62,254 bases of DNA, filler included, from Candidatus Nanoarchaeia archaeon (GCA_035290625.1; 3 parts of 3 records of this genome joined end to end with filler, not necessarily neighbours in it); one strand, 5' to 3'; shown: positions 30,542 to 40,233, counted from the first letter of the whole stretch. Translations and numbers: made by a program. The notes: generated by a model not told the origin, from the sequence alone.

Positions 30542-30819
30542 TCGACCTTGTGCTGCTGACCGCTTTTGTGCTCAGCCTGTTTGTAGGCTATGAGGTCATA
30601 ACCAAAGTCCCGCCTGTCCTGCATACACCTCTGATGTCTGGAACAAATGCAATATCCGGAATTACCATCATCGGCGCCTTATTGGCTTTGCAGAACTCAA
30701 GCCCCACCGCTGCCAATATCCTCGCCTTGATTGCCGTAGCCCTGGCAACCATCAATGTGGTAGGCGGGTTTCTTGTTACAGGAAGGATGCTGAGGTTGTT
30801 TAAGAAAAAGGAACATTGA
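30538..30819 (+). CDS. NAD(P) transhydrogenase alpha subunit part 2
   Basis: VPPVLHTPLMSGTNAISGI, INVVGGFLVT.RML. Confidence 0.95.
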   Translation: MIDLVLLTAFVLSLFVGYEVITKVPPVLHTPLMSGTNAISGITIIGALLALQNSSPTAANILALIAVALATINVVGGFLVTGRMLRLFKKKEH

Positions 30820-32204
30820 ACAAAATGAACATTGAACTCTTGTATTTGATCGCTGCAGTTTTTTTTATTATCGGGATAAAGCAGCTTACGAAGCCAAAGA
30901 CAGCAAGCCGGGGAAATGCAATCGCTGCCCTTGGCATGCTTGTGGCAGTAATTGCTGCATTGCTCCGGATGCAAAGCGGCGACCCATCAACAGGCGTGCC
31001 TGCCGGCATTGGCATCCAATTCATTATTGCAGGCATCCTTGTTGGAGCCGGCATCGGATCGGTGATGGCCTGGGCAGTTGCTATGACTGCAATGCCGCAG
31101 CTTGTTGCCATTTTCAACGGGTTTGGAGGAGCTGCCTCGTCTTTGGTCGCCCTCTCTTACTCTATGACGCACACGGTTGAGGGATTTGAGCTCTTCACAC
31201 TCCTTTTGAGTATCATCATCGGAACTGTAACATTTACAGGAAGCATTGTTGCATTCCTGAAACTCCAGGACATTGCTTCGAAGCCGCTGGTGTTCCGGGG
31301 AGCAAAGGCTGTGAACACCCTTCTCGCAGCGCTTCTGGTCATCACTGCTGGAAAGATGATGCTCACAGCAGCCCGCATAGATCTGATCCTGATTCTCCTG
31401 GCAACCGCCTTCTTTCTCGGAATCCTGCTGACCACCCCCATTGGCGGAGCTGACATGCCCGTCGTCATTTCATTGCTCAATTCCTATTCCGGGCTTGCTG
31501 CTGCAGCAACAGGGTTTGCCATTGGCAATACGGTCTTAATTGTCGGAGGCGCCCTGGTTGGGGCATCGGGACTTATCCTCACAAAGATCATGTGCAAGGC
31601 GATGAACCGGTCACTGGCAAATGTCATGTTCGGATCAGGAAAACAAGTTGAAAAGGAACAGGGAGAGTATACTAATGTCAAAGAGGCTTCGCCTGAGGAG
31701 GCCAGCCTCCTGTTAGACAATGCAAAATCTGTGATCATTATACCCGGGTATGGCATGGCGGTAAGCCAGGCGCAGTTTGCTGTGCATGAGCTCGCAAGTC
31801 TTTTGGAGAAAAAGGGAGCAAAGGTGCGCTATGCAATCCACCCGGTTGCAGGCAGGATGCCGGGCCATATGAATGTTGTGTTAGCTGAGGCCAATGTTCC
31901 GTATGACAAGCTCTATGATCTGGATTCCATCAACAGCGAATTCAGGCACACAGACATGGCGATCGTCATCGGAGCCAATGATGTCACCAATCCTGCTGCT
32001 ACGCAGGAAAAAAGCTCTCCCATCTACGGCATGCCTATCCTGAACGCCCATGAGGCGAAGAGCATTCTTATTATCAAGCGCTCCTTAAGCCCGGGCTTTG
32101 CAGGGATAAAAAACTCTCTGTTTGAATACCCGAACGCGCAGATGGTGTTTGGAGACGCAAAGAAGGTCATGCATTCTATTATTCAAGAGCTGAAAGAGAT
32201 TTAG
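30816..32204 (+). CDS. pntB: NAD(P) transhydrogenase beta subunit
   Basis: MPQLVA.FNG.GG, IGGADMPVVISLLNSYSG, PGYGMAV.QAQ, HPVAGRMPGHMNV, GANDV.NP. Confidence 0.97.
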   Translation: MNKMNIELLYLIAAVFFIIGIKQLTKPKTASRGNAIAALGMLVAVIAALLRMQSGDPSTGVPAGIGIQFIIAGILVGAGIGSVMAWAVAMTAMPQLVAIFNGFGGAASSLVALSYSMTHTVEGFELFTLLLSIIIGTVTFTGSIVAFLKLQDIASKPLVFRGAKAVNTLLAALLVITAGKMMLTAARIDLILILLATAFFLGILLTTPIGGADMPVVISLLNSYSGLAAAATGFAIGNTVLIVGGALVGASGLILTKIMCKAMNRSLANVMFGSGKQVEKEQGEYTNVKEASPEEASLLLDNAKSVIIIPGYGMAVSQAQFAVHELASLLEKKGAKVRYAIHPVAGRMPGHMNVVLAEANVPYDKLYDLDSINSEFRHTDMAIVIGANDVTNPAATQEKSSPIYGMPILNAHEAKSILIIKRSLSPGFAGIKNSLFEYPNAQMVFGDAKKVMHSIIQELKEI

Positions 32205-32276
32205 GAAAACTGGTGATTAGGAGGAGGGGCTTATCAGTCAGCTTCGGGTAAACTCATCTTGCTGCTCCAGCTTGAA

Positions 32277-33209
32277 TTAAATAAACCTTTGCAGAAAATG
32301 AATATCGCCTTCTGTCCTATCTATTAAATTGCTCATTCTAGGATTTGGATGGCTGCTATAATATCCTAAAAGATTGTTGTAACATTCAATAGCTGCCCTT
32401 GCCCAACTCTTGTTATGGGTAATCCTGCTGAGTGCCTTAGCTGCATTTCCCGCAAAGCTATACGCATGTGCTGAATGTTTTGGATCAGTATCTCTTGTCA
32501 TATCAGCAGAGGTTTTGGTTGCAAGATACCAGTTCTCAGCCCACGATAAGTCTGCTGTTATTTCGAATAAGGCTTTAGCTGCATTTCCCGCAAAGCTATA
32601 CGCATGTGCTGAATGCGCAGGTTCTGAAGTTCTTGTTATATCAGCAGAGGTTTTATAAGAGGTGTACCATTTCTCAGCCCAGGATATATCTTTTCTTTGT
32701 TCGAAGAGGGCTTTAGCTGCATTTCCTGCAAAGCCATACGAATGTGCTGAATGTTTTGGATCAGTATCTCTTGTCATATCAGCAGAGGTTTTGGTTGCAA
32801 GGTACCATTTCTCAGCCCAGGATATATCTTTTCTTTGTTCGAAGAGGGCTTTAGCTGCATTTCCTGCATATGCTAAAAGATGAGATTCTAAGCTGATTAA
32901 ATTATTCTCTGAACGATCAGCTTCTGCGCCATCTCTTAACCTCTTAACTCCCTCCATGTTAAATGAGTAGAGTTTAAACAAGAGATCATCTAAGGTATGA
33001 GAAGACTGCATGACGTGGTGTGCAACTTTAGTCAGCCGTTTGATAAAACTAATATCCTTGCCTGAAACCGATTCTGTCTTATGTAAATATTCTACAACCA
33101 GGCCAGCGCATCTTTTTCCGCTCTGTTCTGATAGGCAGTCGTAATTATCCAGGAGGAGCCCATCCTCTAATTCTCGTTCAATGCCGATTAATTCTTCTAA
33201 ACCCTCCAC
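32277..33209 (-). CDS. Helical (TPR-like) repeat protein with 46-aa repeats
   Basis: About 3.5 repeats of AGNAAKALF....SWAE.WY...KTSAD.TR...P.HSAH.Y.F; start uncertain (GTG 33209); the ORF-track extension runs into the MITE. Confidence 0.7.
   Translation of the reverse strand: MEGLEELIGIERELEDGLLLDNYDCLSEQSGKRCAGLVVEYLHKTESVSGKDISFIKRLTKVAHHVMQSSHTLDDLLFKLYSFNMEGVKRLRDGAEADRSENNLISLESHLLAYAGNAAKALFEQRKDISWAEKWYLATKTSADMTRDTDPKHSAHSYGFAGNAAKALFEQRKDISWAEKWYTSYKTSADITRTSEPAHSAHAYSFAGNAAKALFEITADLSWAENWYLATKTSADMTRDTDPKHSAHAYSFAGNAAKALSRITHNKSWARAAIECYNNLLGYYSSHPNPRMSNLIDRTEGDIHFLQRFI
32400..32870. repeat. 138-bp tandem coding repeats
   Basis: TTAGCTGCATTTCC recurs with exact 138-bp spacing (about 32436, 32574, 32712, 32850). 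Confidence 0.9.
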
Positions 33210-33256
33210 AGATGGGGGGTTCTTGCTGCATTTTATAAGTATTGCTGATATGGCAG

Positions 33257-33401
33257 GGCTCAGTAGAAAGTCCGGCATCCCTTCTGCGAGCTTCTTCAGC
33301 CTCATAAGAAGTGCTGACAGAGGGTAGGCCCCTTCGGGGGTGTCAGCAATCGCAGATACCGTCACAAGCGAGCCTGATGCCGATTGACTTTCTACTGAGC
33401 C
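33257..33401. mobile_element. MITE-like element, copy 2 (perfect 16-bp TIR)
   Basis: GGCTCAGTAGAAAGTC ... GACTTTCTACTGAGCC; internal TGCTGACAGAGGGTAGGCCCCTTCGGGGGTGTCAGCAATCGCAGAT identical to copy 1. Confidence 0.75.
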
Positions 33402-33476
33402 AGGGTGAACCGCAACGCATATATATCCCATATTTGGTATCTATAGAGTCTTTAGCATGGCTTTAAAAGGCGGCAA

Positions 33477-33830
33477 GTGATTGCAATAGCAATAGAAGAC
33501 ACAATGGAACAGATACTAAAAGAGATAAAGGATACAGAAGAGCAGCTCCGAAAGTTGAGGGAGCAGACTGATGCTGAAGTAGCAAAAATTCTGGAGAAGG
33601 GAAAATCTGATGCAGAGAAGCTCGTCGAGAAGGCCAAAGAGGAGTTGGCAGCCCAGCTCAGGGAAAAGCTGGCCCAGCACGAAAATCAGGCTCAGGAGAT
33701 GAAGCAGAAGATTCTCAAATCCGGCGAGCAGGATATCAAACAGGTCAGCCAGAAGGCAAATAAAGAGAGGGCAGTGCAGAGAATCCTTGAGTTGTTTGAA
33801 GCCCACCTCCAGGATAAGGGCAGCAAATGA
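33477..33830 (+). CDS. atpH: A/V-type ATP synthase subunit H (G-like stalk)
   Basis: Charged coiled coil, first gene of the operon; start may be ATG 33504. Confidence 0.7.
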   Translation: MIAIAIEDTMEQILKEIKDTEEQLRKLREQTDAEVAKILEKGKSDAEKLVEKAKEELAAQLREKLAQHENQAQEMKQKILKSGEQDIKQVSQKANKERAVQRILELFEAHLQDKGSK

Positions 33831-33843
33831 TTGAAAAGATGAC

Positions 33844-35640
33844 ATGATTGAAAAGATGGTAAAGGTGAATATTGTAGGTCCAAAAAAGAGGCTTGAGAGT
33901 GTAGTGAGCTCTCTCCACAGGCTGAAGGTGCTGCATATCACCGAACATAAGAAGAGTGATGAGTTGGATATCGGCTCTCCGTCAAAAAAAGCTGAAAAGA
34001 TTTCCCGAATGCTTGTTGAAGTCAGCGCCCTTGTCGCCAGCCTCAGGCTGGAGGCAAGCTGCAGGCCGGAAGCTCTTGGTGATGGAGCGTCTATCAGAAA
34101 AAAGCTAAAGGAGATCACAAAGCACGTTGTGCGGCAGCAGGAGGAGCTTAAGGCCCTCAATGAAAGGCTGGCATCAGCCCGCTCATCCGGGGAGAAGATG
34201 CTTCCCTTTGCAGGCCTGAGCACTCCATTTGAGTATTATGGAGGATATGAGTGTCTTGTCTCTTTTGCTGGCAGGGCAAAGGATATCCCTGGCCTCAAAC
34301 ATGAACTTCATGGCAACACCATGATGGAACATGCCAAAGATACGCTCCTGCTCTTTGCAGATAAAGCCTCAGAAGAAGTATGCAGGACTGCGCTGAAGAA
34401 GCATAGTTTTCAGGCGCTTGGCTATGATCCTTCATGGAAGCATAGCCCAAAGCAGGCGATAAGGGATCTTGAAGCAGAAGAGAAAGGCATTCAGGCAAGA
34501 ATTGCCAGGATCCAAAGCTCCCTCAACCAGGTCGCTGAAAAATCCGGAAACTTTCTTTTGGCTCTCCAGGCTGCCTTGAAGAAGGAGTTGGAGAAGGCTG
34601 AGGCTCCTCTCAAAATGGGATCTACAGAGTCTGCTTTTTTCCTCAGCGGCTGGCTTCCTCAGGCAAGGAAAGAAGAAGTGGAGAAAGCCCTGGCAAAGGA
34701 AACCATCCATGTCGTGATCAATGAGCCCGGCAAAAAAGACACGGTTCCTGTTAAGCTTAGGAACAGCAAGACGACCCAGCCCTTTGAGTTTTTTATGGAC
34801 CTCTATAGCCTTCCCAGCTACAGGGAGCTTGACCCCACGCTGTTCCTGGCCCTCACCTTCCCGCTCTTCTTTGGGTTTATTGTTGGTGACATAGGCTATG
34901 GCCTTGCAGGCCTTTTGATAGCATGGTATATTTCAAAAAAGATTCCCGGCACAAAAGGATTCATGAAGATCATTATGGTTTCCTCCCTCATGTCGCTCCT
35001 CTTCGGAGTCTTTTTTGGAGAGTTCTTTGGCGAGGAAGAGATTATGGGAATTGCCATGCCCCACGTCCTGAGCCGGGCGCATCAGATGCAGGAGCTCCTT
35101 TACCTGGCCATCGCCATAGGGATTATCCATATCAATGCTGCTCTGCTCATCGGATTCTTCAATGAAAAGAGCCACGGCATTAGCCATGCAATCTTCGCAA
35201 AGATCTCATGGATCATTCTGCAGATTGGGGTTGCCGTCATTGCACTAGACTTGATGGGCATCATTTCTTCTTCCTACCTTGGATACTTCATCATCGGAAT
35301 TGCAGTTCTCATGCTTGTCAAAGGCGAAGGCATCAATGGCATCATCGAGCTTCCCGGCATCTTCTCCAATATACTCTCCTATGCAAGGCTTATGGCAATC
35401 GGGCTTTCTTCAGTAAGCATTGCTCTTGTTATCAATGAGTTTGCGGCAAAATGGATCGAGGCAGGAGGCCTTCTCGCGATAGGAGCAGTGCTTCTCCTGG
35501 TCATTGGCCACGGCGTGAACCTCGCTTTAGGCTACCTGGGCGGATTTCTCCATAGCTTAAGGCTGCACTATGTCGAGTTTTTCACAAAGTTTTTTCACGG
35601 CGGAGGGATTGCCTACAGGGCATTCGGGGAGCATAAATGA
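33844..35640 (+). CDS. atpI: A/V-type ATP synthase subunit I (a)
   Basis: P.Y.ELDPT, GDIGYG, SYARLMAIG, LHSLRLHYVEFF.KF. Confidence 0.95.
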   Translation: MIEKMVKVNIVGPKKRLESVVSSLHRLKVLHITEHKKSDELDIGSPSKKAEKISRMLVEVSALVASLRLEASCRPEALGDGASIRKKLKEITKHVVRQQEELKALNERLASARSSGEKMLPFAGLSTPFEYYGGYECLVSFAGRAKDIPGLKHELHGNTMMEHAKDTLLLFADKASEEVCRTALKKHSFQALGYDPSWKHSPKQAIRDLEAEEKGIQARIARIQSSLNQVAEKSGNFLLALQAALKKELEKAEAPLKMGSTESAFFLSGWLPQARKEEVEKALAKETIHVVINEPGKKDTVPVKLRNSKTTQPFEFFMDLYSLPSYRELDPTLFLALTFPLFFGFIVGDIGYGLAGLLIAWYISKKIPGTKGFMKIIMVSSLMSLLFGVFFGEFFGEEEIMGIAMPHVLSRAHQMQELLYLAIAIGIIHINAALLIGFFNEKSHGISHAIFAKISWIILQIGVAVIALDLMGIISSSYLGYFIIGIAVLMLVKGEGINGIIELPGIFSNILSYARLMAIGLSSVSIALVINEFAAKWIEAGGLLAIGAVLLLVIGHGVNLALGYLGGFLHSLRLHYVEFFTKFFHGGGIAYRAFGEHK

Positions 35641-35765
35641 AGCAGTTGCAGAGGCAGGCAGGGGAGTTTAAAGCTAGGTAAAAAGCAGACTATGACGGAC
35701 TATCAAACACATCTGCTGAGATTCATCTATCAAAGTTCATAATTCATAAAACACGGAGGTAAAAA

Positions 35766-35993
35766 ATGGAAGACATAAACACAGGGTTGATTGCGATCGG
35801 AGCAGCAATTGCGATCGGATCAAGCGCATTCGCAGCAGCTGTTGCAGAGAAGCAGATCGGCGCTGCAGCAGTCGGCGCCATGGCAGAGAAAGAGGAATTG
35901 TTCGGAAAAGGGCTTATCCTGACCGTCATTCCCGAAACGCTCGTGATATTCGGCCTGGTCATTGCAATACTGATCCTTGGAATGGCGCAATGA
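35766..35993 (+). CDS. atpK: A-type ATP synthase subunit K (c), single hairpin
   Basis: 75 aa, IGAAAVGAMAE...IPETLVIFGLVIA with the ion-binding Glu. Confidence 0.95.
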   Translation: MEDINTGLIAIGAAIAIGSSAFAAAVAEKQIGAAAVGAMAEKEELFGKGLILTVIPETLVIFGLVIAILILGMAQ

Positions 35994-36541
35994 GTCTCCA
36001 GCACGTGAAAGAAGAGATATGGAAAGAGGGCCAGAATGAGGCTCGCCGCAGGCTCCAGGCTGCAAAGCATGAAGCAGATGCTATGCATGCAAAGGCTGAG
36101 CAGGCTGTCAGGCAGCTCAGGGAAGAATATGCGAAAAAAGCCAGGCAGCTCAGGGAAGAGATAGAGAGGAGGGAAGTTGCAGCAGCCCGGCTTGAGGCGC
36201 GAGCAAGGCTTCTTCAGTTCAAAAAAGACAGTATTGACGACGCTTTCCAAAAGGCTGCTGAGAAGCTGAGGCTGCTTCCAGAAGCGAAGAGGAAAGAGTA
36301 CCTTGGAAAACTCTTTGAGGCTGCAGGACCCATAGAAATCAAAGAGATTTCCTGCAGCAGCCGCGACAAGCACTTTTTCAAAGCCGGGAATATCCGGGAA
36401 GCTGCCATGCTTGGCGGCTTTATCGCCAAGAGCAAGGACGGAAGCTATCAATTGGATTTTTCCTTTGAGAGTCTGCTGCAGACAGTCAAAGAGCAGCACC
36501 TCGCAGAGATTGCTGATGCAGTCTTTGGAGGATCACGATGA
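35990..36541 (+). CDS. atpE: A/V-type ATP synthase subunit E
   Basis: N-terminal coiled coil, LGGFIA.S.DG...LD.SFE motif, operon position. Confidence 0.85.
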   Translation: MSLQHVKEEIWKEGQNEARRRLQAAKHEADAMHAKAEQAVRQLREEYAKKARQLREEIERREVAAARLEARARLLQFKKDSIDDAFQKAAEKLRLLPEAKRKEYLGKLFEAAGPIEIKEISCSSRDKHFFKAGNIREAAMLGGFIAKSKDGSYQLDFSFESLLQTVKEQHLAEIADAVFGGSR

Positions 36542-37557
36542 AACTCTCCTCAGTATATCCCTACACCTACGGCCGAGTCGCAGCCATGCGCTCAGAGCTC
36601 TTGCCATCCGACCGCTACAGCCAGATGCTGAAGATGAGCCTCTCTGAGCTTACCCAGTTTCTGCAAGGGACTACATACAAGACCGAAGTGGACACCCATG
36701 CGCTGCATAGCCATGGCGCAGCCCTGATTGATGTTGCTGTCCAGGACCATCTGGGGAAGGTGGCAGCAAAGCTCAGGAGAATCTCTGAGGAAGGCCTCAG
36801 GCAGGTGATCGATGCGTATCTCCAGCGCAGGGAAAGCCATAACGCCAAAACGCTCATCAGGGGCATGATTGCAAGATTCCCATTTGACCGCATACGGCTC
36901 CATCTGATGGAAGGCTCAACAGCCATCGAGAAGTATAAAGAGAGGTATGAAAAGGGTTCTGTGGATTCCGTCATCTCCTCCCTTCAGTTCATAAGAAATC
37001 CAGCCAGGATGATCGCTGAATTCGCTCAGACAAAAGACTTGTTCAGGCTTGAGGCCAGGATTGATGAGGCATACTACCAGTATATGCTCGGCTTTGCCCG
37101 GAATCTCCCTGTTCAGGGAGATGTCATGAGGCAGTTCATTATGGAAGAGGTGCGTTTCAAGAATCTTATGACTGTGCTGAGGATGAGACGGGCAGGGGTT
37201 CCTTCAGAGCAAATCCAGACATGGCTTTACTTCCCAAATCCTGCAGAGGCACACTACTTCAGCAGGCTTCTTGCCTATCCGGAAACAAGGAATGCGCAGA
37301 TGGCATTCAAGGACAAAGTGGCTGACAGAGACGTCAAAAAGGCATTGGAGCTGGATTCAGTGTCTGCAGTTGAGATTGCATTGATGAAATACCTCCTCAG
37401 GAGAATGGCCAGAAGGACGCACCAGAATCCGCTAAGCGTTGATGTGATCCTGAGTTATCTTTTCGCTGTCGAGATCGAAGCGAGAAACCTGAAGATACTT
37501 GCAAAAGCAAAAGAGGCAGGCCTTCCGGAAGCAAGGGTGCAGGAGCTGTTGATATGA
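36538..37557 (+). CDS. atpC: A/V-type ATP synthase subunit C
   Basis: YPY..GRV.AM.S.LL, N.KT.IRG, E.E.RNL..L. Confidence 0.9.
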   Translation: MKLSSVYPYTYGRVAAMRSELLPSDRYSQMLKMSLSELTQFLQGTTYKTEVDTHALHSHGAALIDVAVQDHLGKVAAKLRRISEEGLRQVIDAYLQRRESHNAKTLIRGMIARFPFDRIRLHLMEGSTAIEKYKERYEKGSVDSVISSLQFIRNPARMIAEFAQTKDLFRLEARIDEAYYQYMLGFARNLPVQGDVMRQFIMEEVRFKNLMTVLRMRRAGVPSEQIQTWLYFPNPAEAHYFSRLLAYPETRNAQMAFKDKVADRDVKKALELDSVSAVEIALMKYLLRRMARRTHQNPLSVDVILSYLFAVEIEARNLKILAKAKEAGLPEARVQELLI

Positions 37558-37642
37558 GGATTGTTGGCATAAGCTATTGAGGATTGCTGAGGAGCTGCTA
37601 TTGGCATGAGGGCATGAGGAAATAGGATGGAGATCGCATAAG

Positions 37643-37972
37643 ATGGAGATCGCAGTTGCAGGCAGAAAGGATTTCATCCTTGGATTTAGCCTGGCAGGAG
37701 TCCTGAATACAGTAGAGCTTAGCAAAGACCAGATGAAAGATATCCGGGAGATGCTCAAGGACCGCAGCCTCGGGATCCTGGTATTGGAAGAGGAAGCTAT
37801 TGCTGGCCTCTCTGAGGCTGATAAGGAGAAGATCGAGCGGTCCGTGCAGCCTGTTGCGATTAGCCTGTCAAAAGGCGCAGGCAATGAAGCCCTGAGGGAG
37901 ATTATTATAAAGTCCATAGGGGTGGATTTGTGGGGAAAAGATGAGGTAGGAAAAGATGAGGCAGAAAGATGA
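37643..37972 (+). CDS. atpF: A/V-type ATP synthase subunit F
   Basis: IAV.G..DFILGFSLAGV, IKSIGVDLW. Confidence 0.92.
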   Translation: MEIAVAGRKDFILGFSLAGVLNTVELSKDQMKDIREMLKDRSLGILVLEEEAIAGLSEADKEKIERSVQPVAISLSKGAGNEALREIIIKSIGVDLWGKDEVGKDEAER

Positions 37973-38048
37973 AGTGTGATCAGTGTTGTCAGTGGGAGCA
38001 AGTGGCAGAATCAAGGCGTAAAAAACCAGATCACAAGAGGGATTTGCA

Positions 38049-39125
38049 ATGAAAGGGATACTCCGCAGGATTGCCGGGCCTGTTGTCGTGGCGAGCCAGG
38101 TTGAAGCGAGGATGTTTGATATTGTCAGGGTGGGAAAAGAGCGGCTGATGGGCGAAGTCATCCAGCTTGACGGCCCGGATACTGTTATCCAGGTCTATGA
38201 AGATACCTCCGGGCTTAGGCCTGGAGAGCCTGTTGAGAACACGGGGCTTCCCTTGTCTGTTGAGCTCGGGCCGGGTCTCCTGACATCGATTTATGACGGC
38301 ATTCAAAGGCCCCTGCCTGTGCTGATCAAGGAGATGGGAGACTTCATCAGAAGAGGCGTTGATGCTCCGGGGCTGGATCCAAAGAGGAAATGGCAGTTCA
38401 AGGCAACAGCAAAGAAAGGCCAGAAAGTCAGGCCTGGCGATGTTCTCGGAGAGGTGGAAGAGACCCCGGGCATCATCCACAGGATCCTTGTCCCTCCTGA
38501 TAAAGAGGGCACATTGACAGACATCAGGTCAGGGCTGTTCACAGTCAAGGATGCGGTCGGAAATCTGGACGGAAAGACTGATCTTTTTCTTATGCACAAA
38601 TGGCCGGTAAGAAAGCCAAGGCCTGTTGCAAAGAAGCTTCCGCCCAATATGCCATTAGTCACAGGCCAGCGCATCTTTGACGCGTTGTTTCCTGTTGCCA
38701 AAGGAGGCGTTGCAGCAATCCCGGGGCCATTCGGAGCAGGCAAAACCGTCACCCAGCAGCAGCTCGCAAAATGGTGCGACGCAGACATCATTGTCTATAT
38801 CGGATGCGGTGAAAGAGGCAATGAGATGACAGAAGTCCTTACAGAATTCCCTCACCTCAAAGACCCAAAGACAGGAAAGCCATTGATGAATAGGACGGTG
38901 TTGATTGCAAACACCTCCAACATGCCGGTTGCTGCAAGAGAGGCGTCAGTCTACACAGGGATTACCATCGCTGAATACTACAGAGACATGGGCTACTCAG
39001 TTGCATTGATGGCTGACTCAACATCGCGATGGGCAGAAGCCATGCGTGAGATCTCCTCAAGGCTGGAGGAAATGCCAGGCGAGGAAGGATATCCTGCATA
39101 TTTGTCAACAAGGCTTTCAGAATTC
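38049..39125 (+). CDS. atpA: A/V-type ATP synthase subunit A, truncated at contig end
   Basis: [42 protein letters not shown]. Confidence 0.98.
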
Positions 39126-39225
39126 NNNNNNNNNNNNNNNNNNNNNNNNNNNNNNNNNNNNNNNNNNNNTTAATTAATTAANNNNNNNNNNNNNNNNNNN
39201 NNNNNNNNNNNNNNNNNNNNNNNNN
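39126..39225. other. Artificial contig-join linker
   Basis: N run + TTAATTAATTAA (39170-39181) + N run. Confidence 0.97.
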
Positions 39226-39239
39226 ACTTATACCGTAAA

Positions 39240-40124
39240 TTGCTTAAGGAGCGAGCTCGGCTTAGTCATGGCATTCCTGGGCCTAAGAGGAGGCTTGATA
39301 ATCTGTCAAGGACACTCCTCTCTATGGGTCTGAATGCCTTTGATATCACTTTTGGGAAAGAGATTGTGGATGGCTGTAACAAGAAAACCATGAAAAGCCT
39401 GAAGCCAGGGGATCAGGCGTATATCCTCCTTCACGGAACTTCGCAGAACGGTGGGGCATTTAGGGAGAGGATCAAGCAGCTTGAGGCAGAAGGCTATAAG
39501 GTCTTTGCTCCAAGTTACAGCTACTCAGATGCTTTGGCAAACCTGGATTCTGCAGCAGATTGGCTGCATGGATATATTAAGGGCATAAAAGGAAAGACAA
39601 AGGTAGCTCCTATAGTGGAGGGGCATAGCTTAGGGGCAATACTTGCTAAATATGGCTCTATGCAACGTCATTATACGAGCGATGATGTACGCCGTGTTGT
39701 GCTTGACTCTGGAGTCTTTGAAGGAACAAGCGATACCTGGCAGAAAAAGCTGCTGGAAGGCATTGAGTCTAATATCCAGAATGTGGATCCAAGGCACAGG
39801 AAAGGCAGGGAGACCATGCTCTACCTGAGCGGAGTTACCTCTTCTCCCTATAAAAGAAGAAGGACTAACACAGAGGTAATCACTGTTGCAGGAACAGGAG
39901 ACAGGCTTGTAAATCCTGGGGCATCATTCCATCCTGATGCACGGCAAAATTATCTTGTTCCTGAAGGGACGCATTTTGACGGAGCTGGAGGAAACAGGGC
40001 ATATGGAACCAATATCATCCACTTGGTAAAGGCTCAGGAAAAGGCTGGGTGGGGCTTTAAGGACTACACTCCCGAGAATAAGATTTATGAGAAGGTGCCT
40101 TTGGAATTGAAGAAGGTGGCGTAG
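39240..40124 (+). CDS. Alpha/beta hydrolase (lipase/esterase-like), probably 5'-truncated
   Basis: ILLHG oxyanion motif, GHSLG nucleophile elbow, AG..D..V, late His (GTH). Confidence 0.85.
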   Translation: MLKERARLSHGIPGPKRRLDNLSRTLLSMGLNAFDITFGKEIVDGCNKKTMKSLKPGDQAYILLHGTSQNGGAFRERIKQLEAEGYKVFAPSYSYSDALANLDSAADWLHGYIKGIKGKTKVAPIVEGHSLGAILAKYGSMQRHYTSDDVRRVVLDSGVFEGTSDTWQKKLLEGIESNIQNVDPRHRKGRETMLYLSGVTSSPYKRRRTNTEVITVAGTGDRLVNPGASFHPDARQNYLVPEGTHFDGAGGNRAYGTNIIHLVKAQEKAGWGFKDYTPENKIYEKVPLELKKVA

Positions 40125-40233
40125 GGGAGGAAACCCTGTTCTGCTGCTGAAGGTGAGACTGAAATGTGGTTGAAGAGCGGAATGAAATGAGTACCGCAGA
40201 CTTTTCCGGGGCACATGACCGAGGACAGTAACA

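Noticed and set aside
32400..32870. Regularly spaced repeats as a possible CRISPR array
   Set aside because: They are 138-bp in-frame coding repeats without unique spacers, and no cas genes are present
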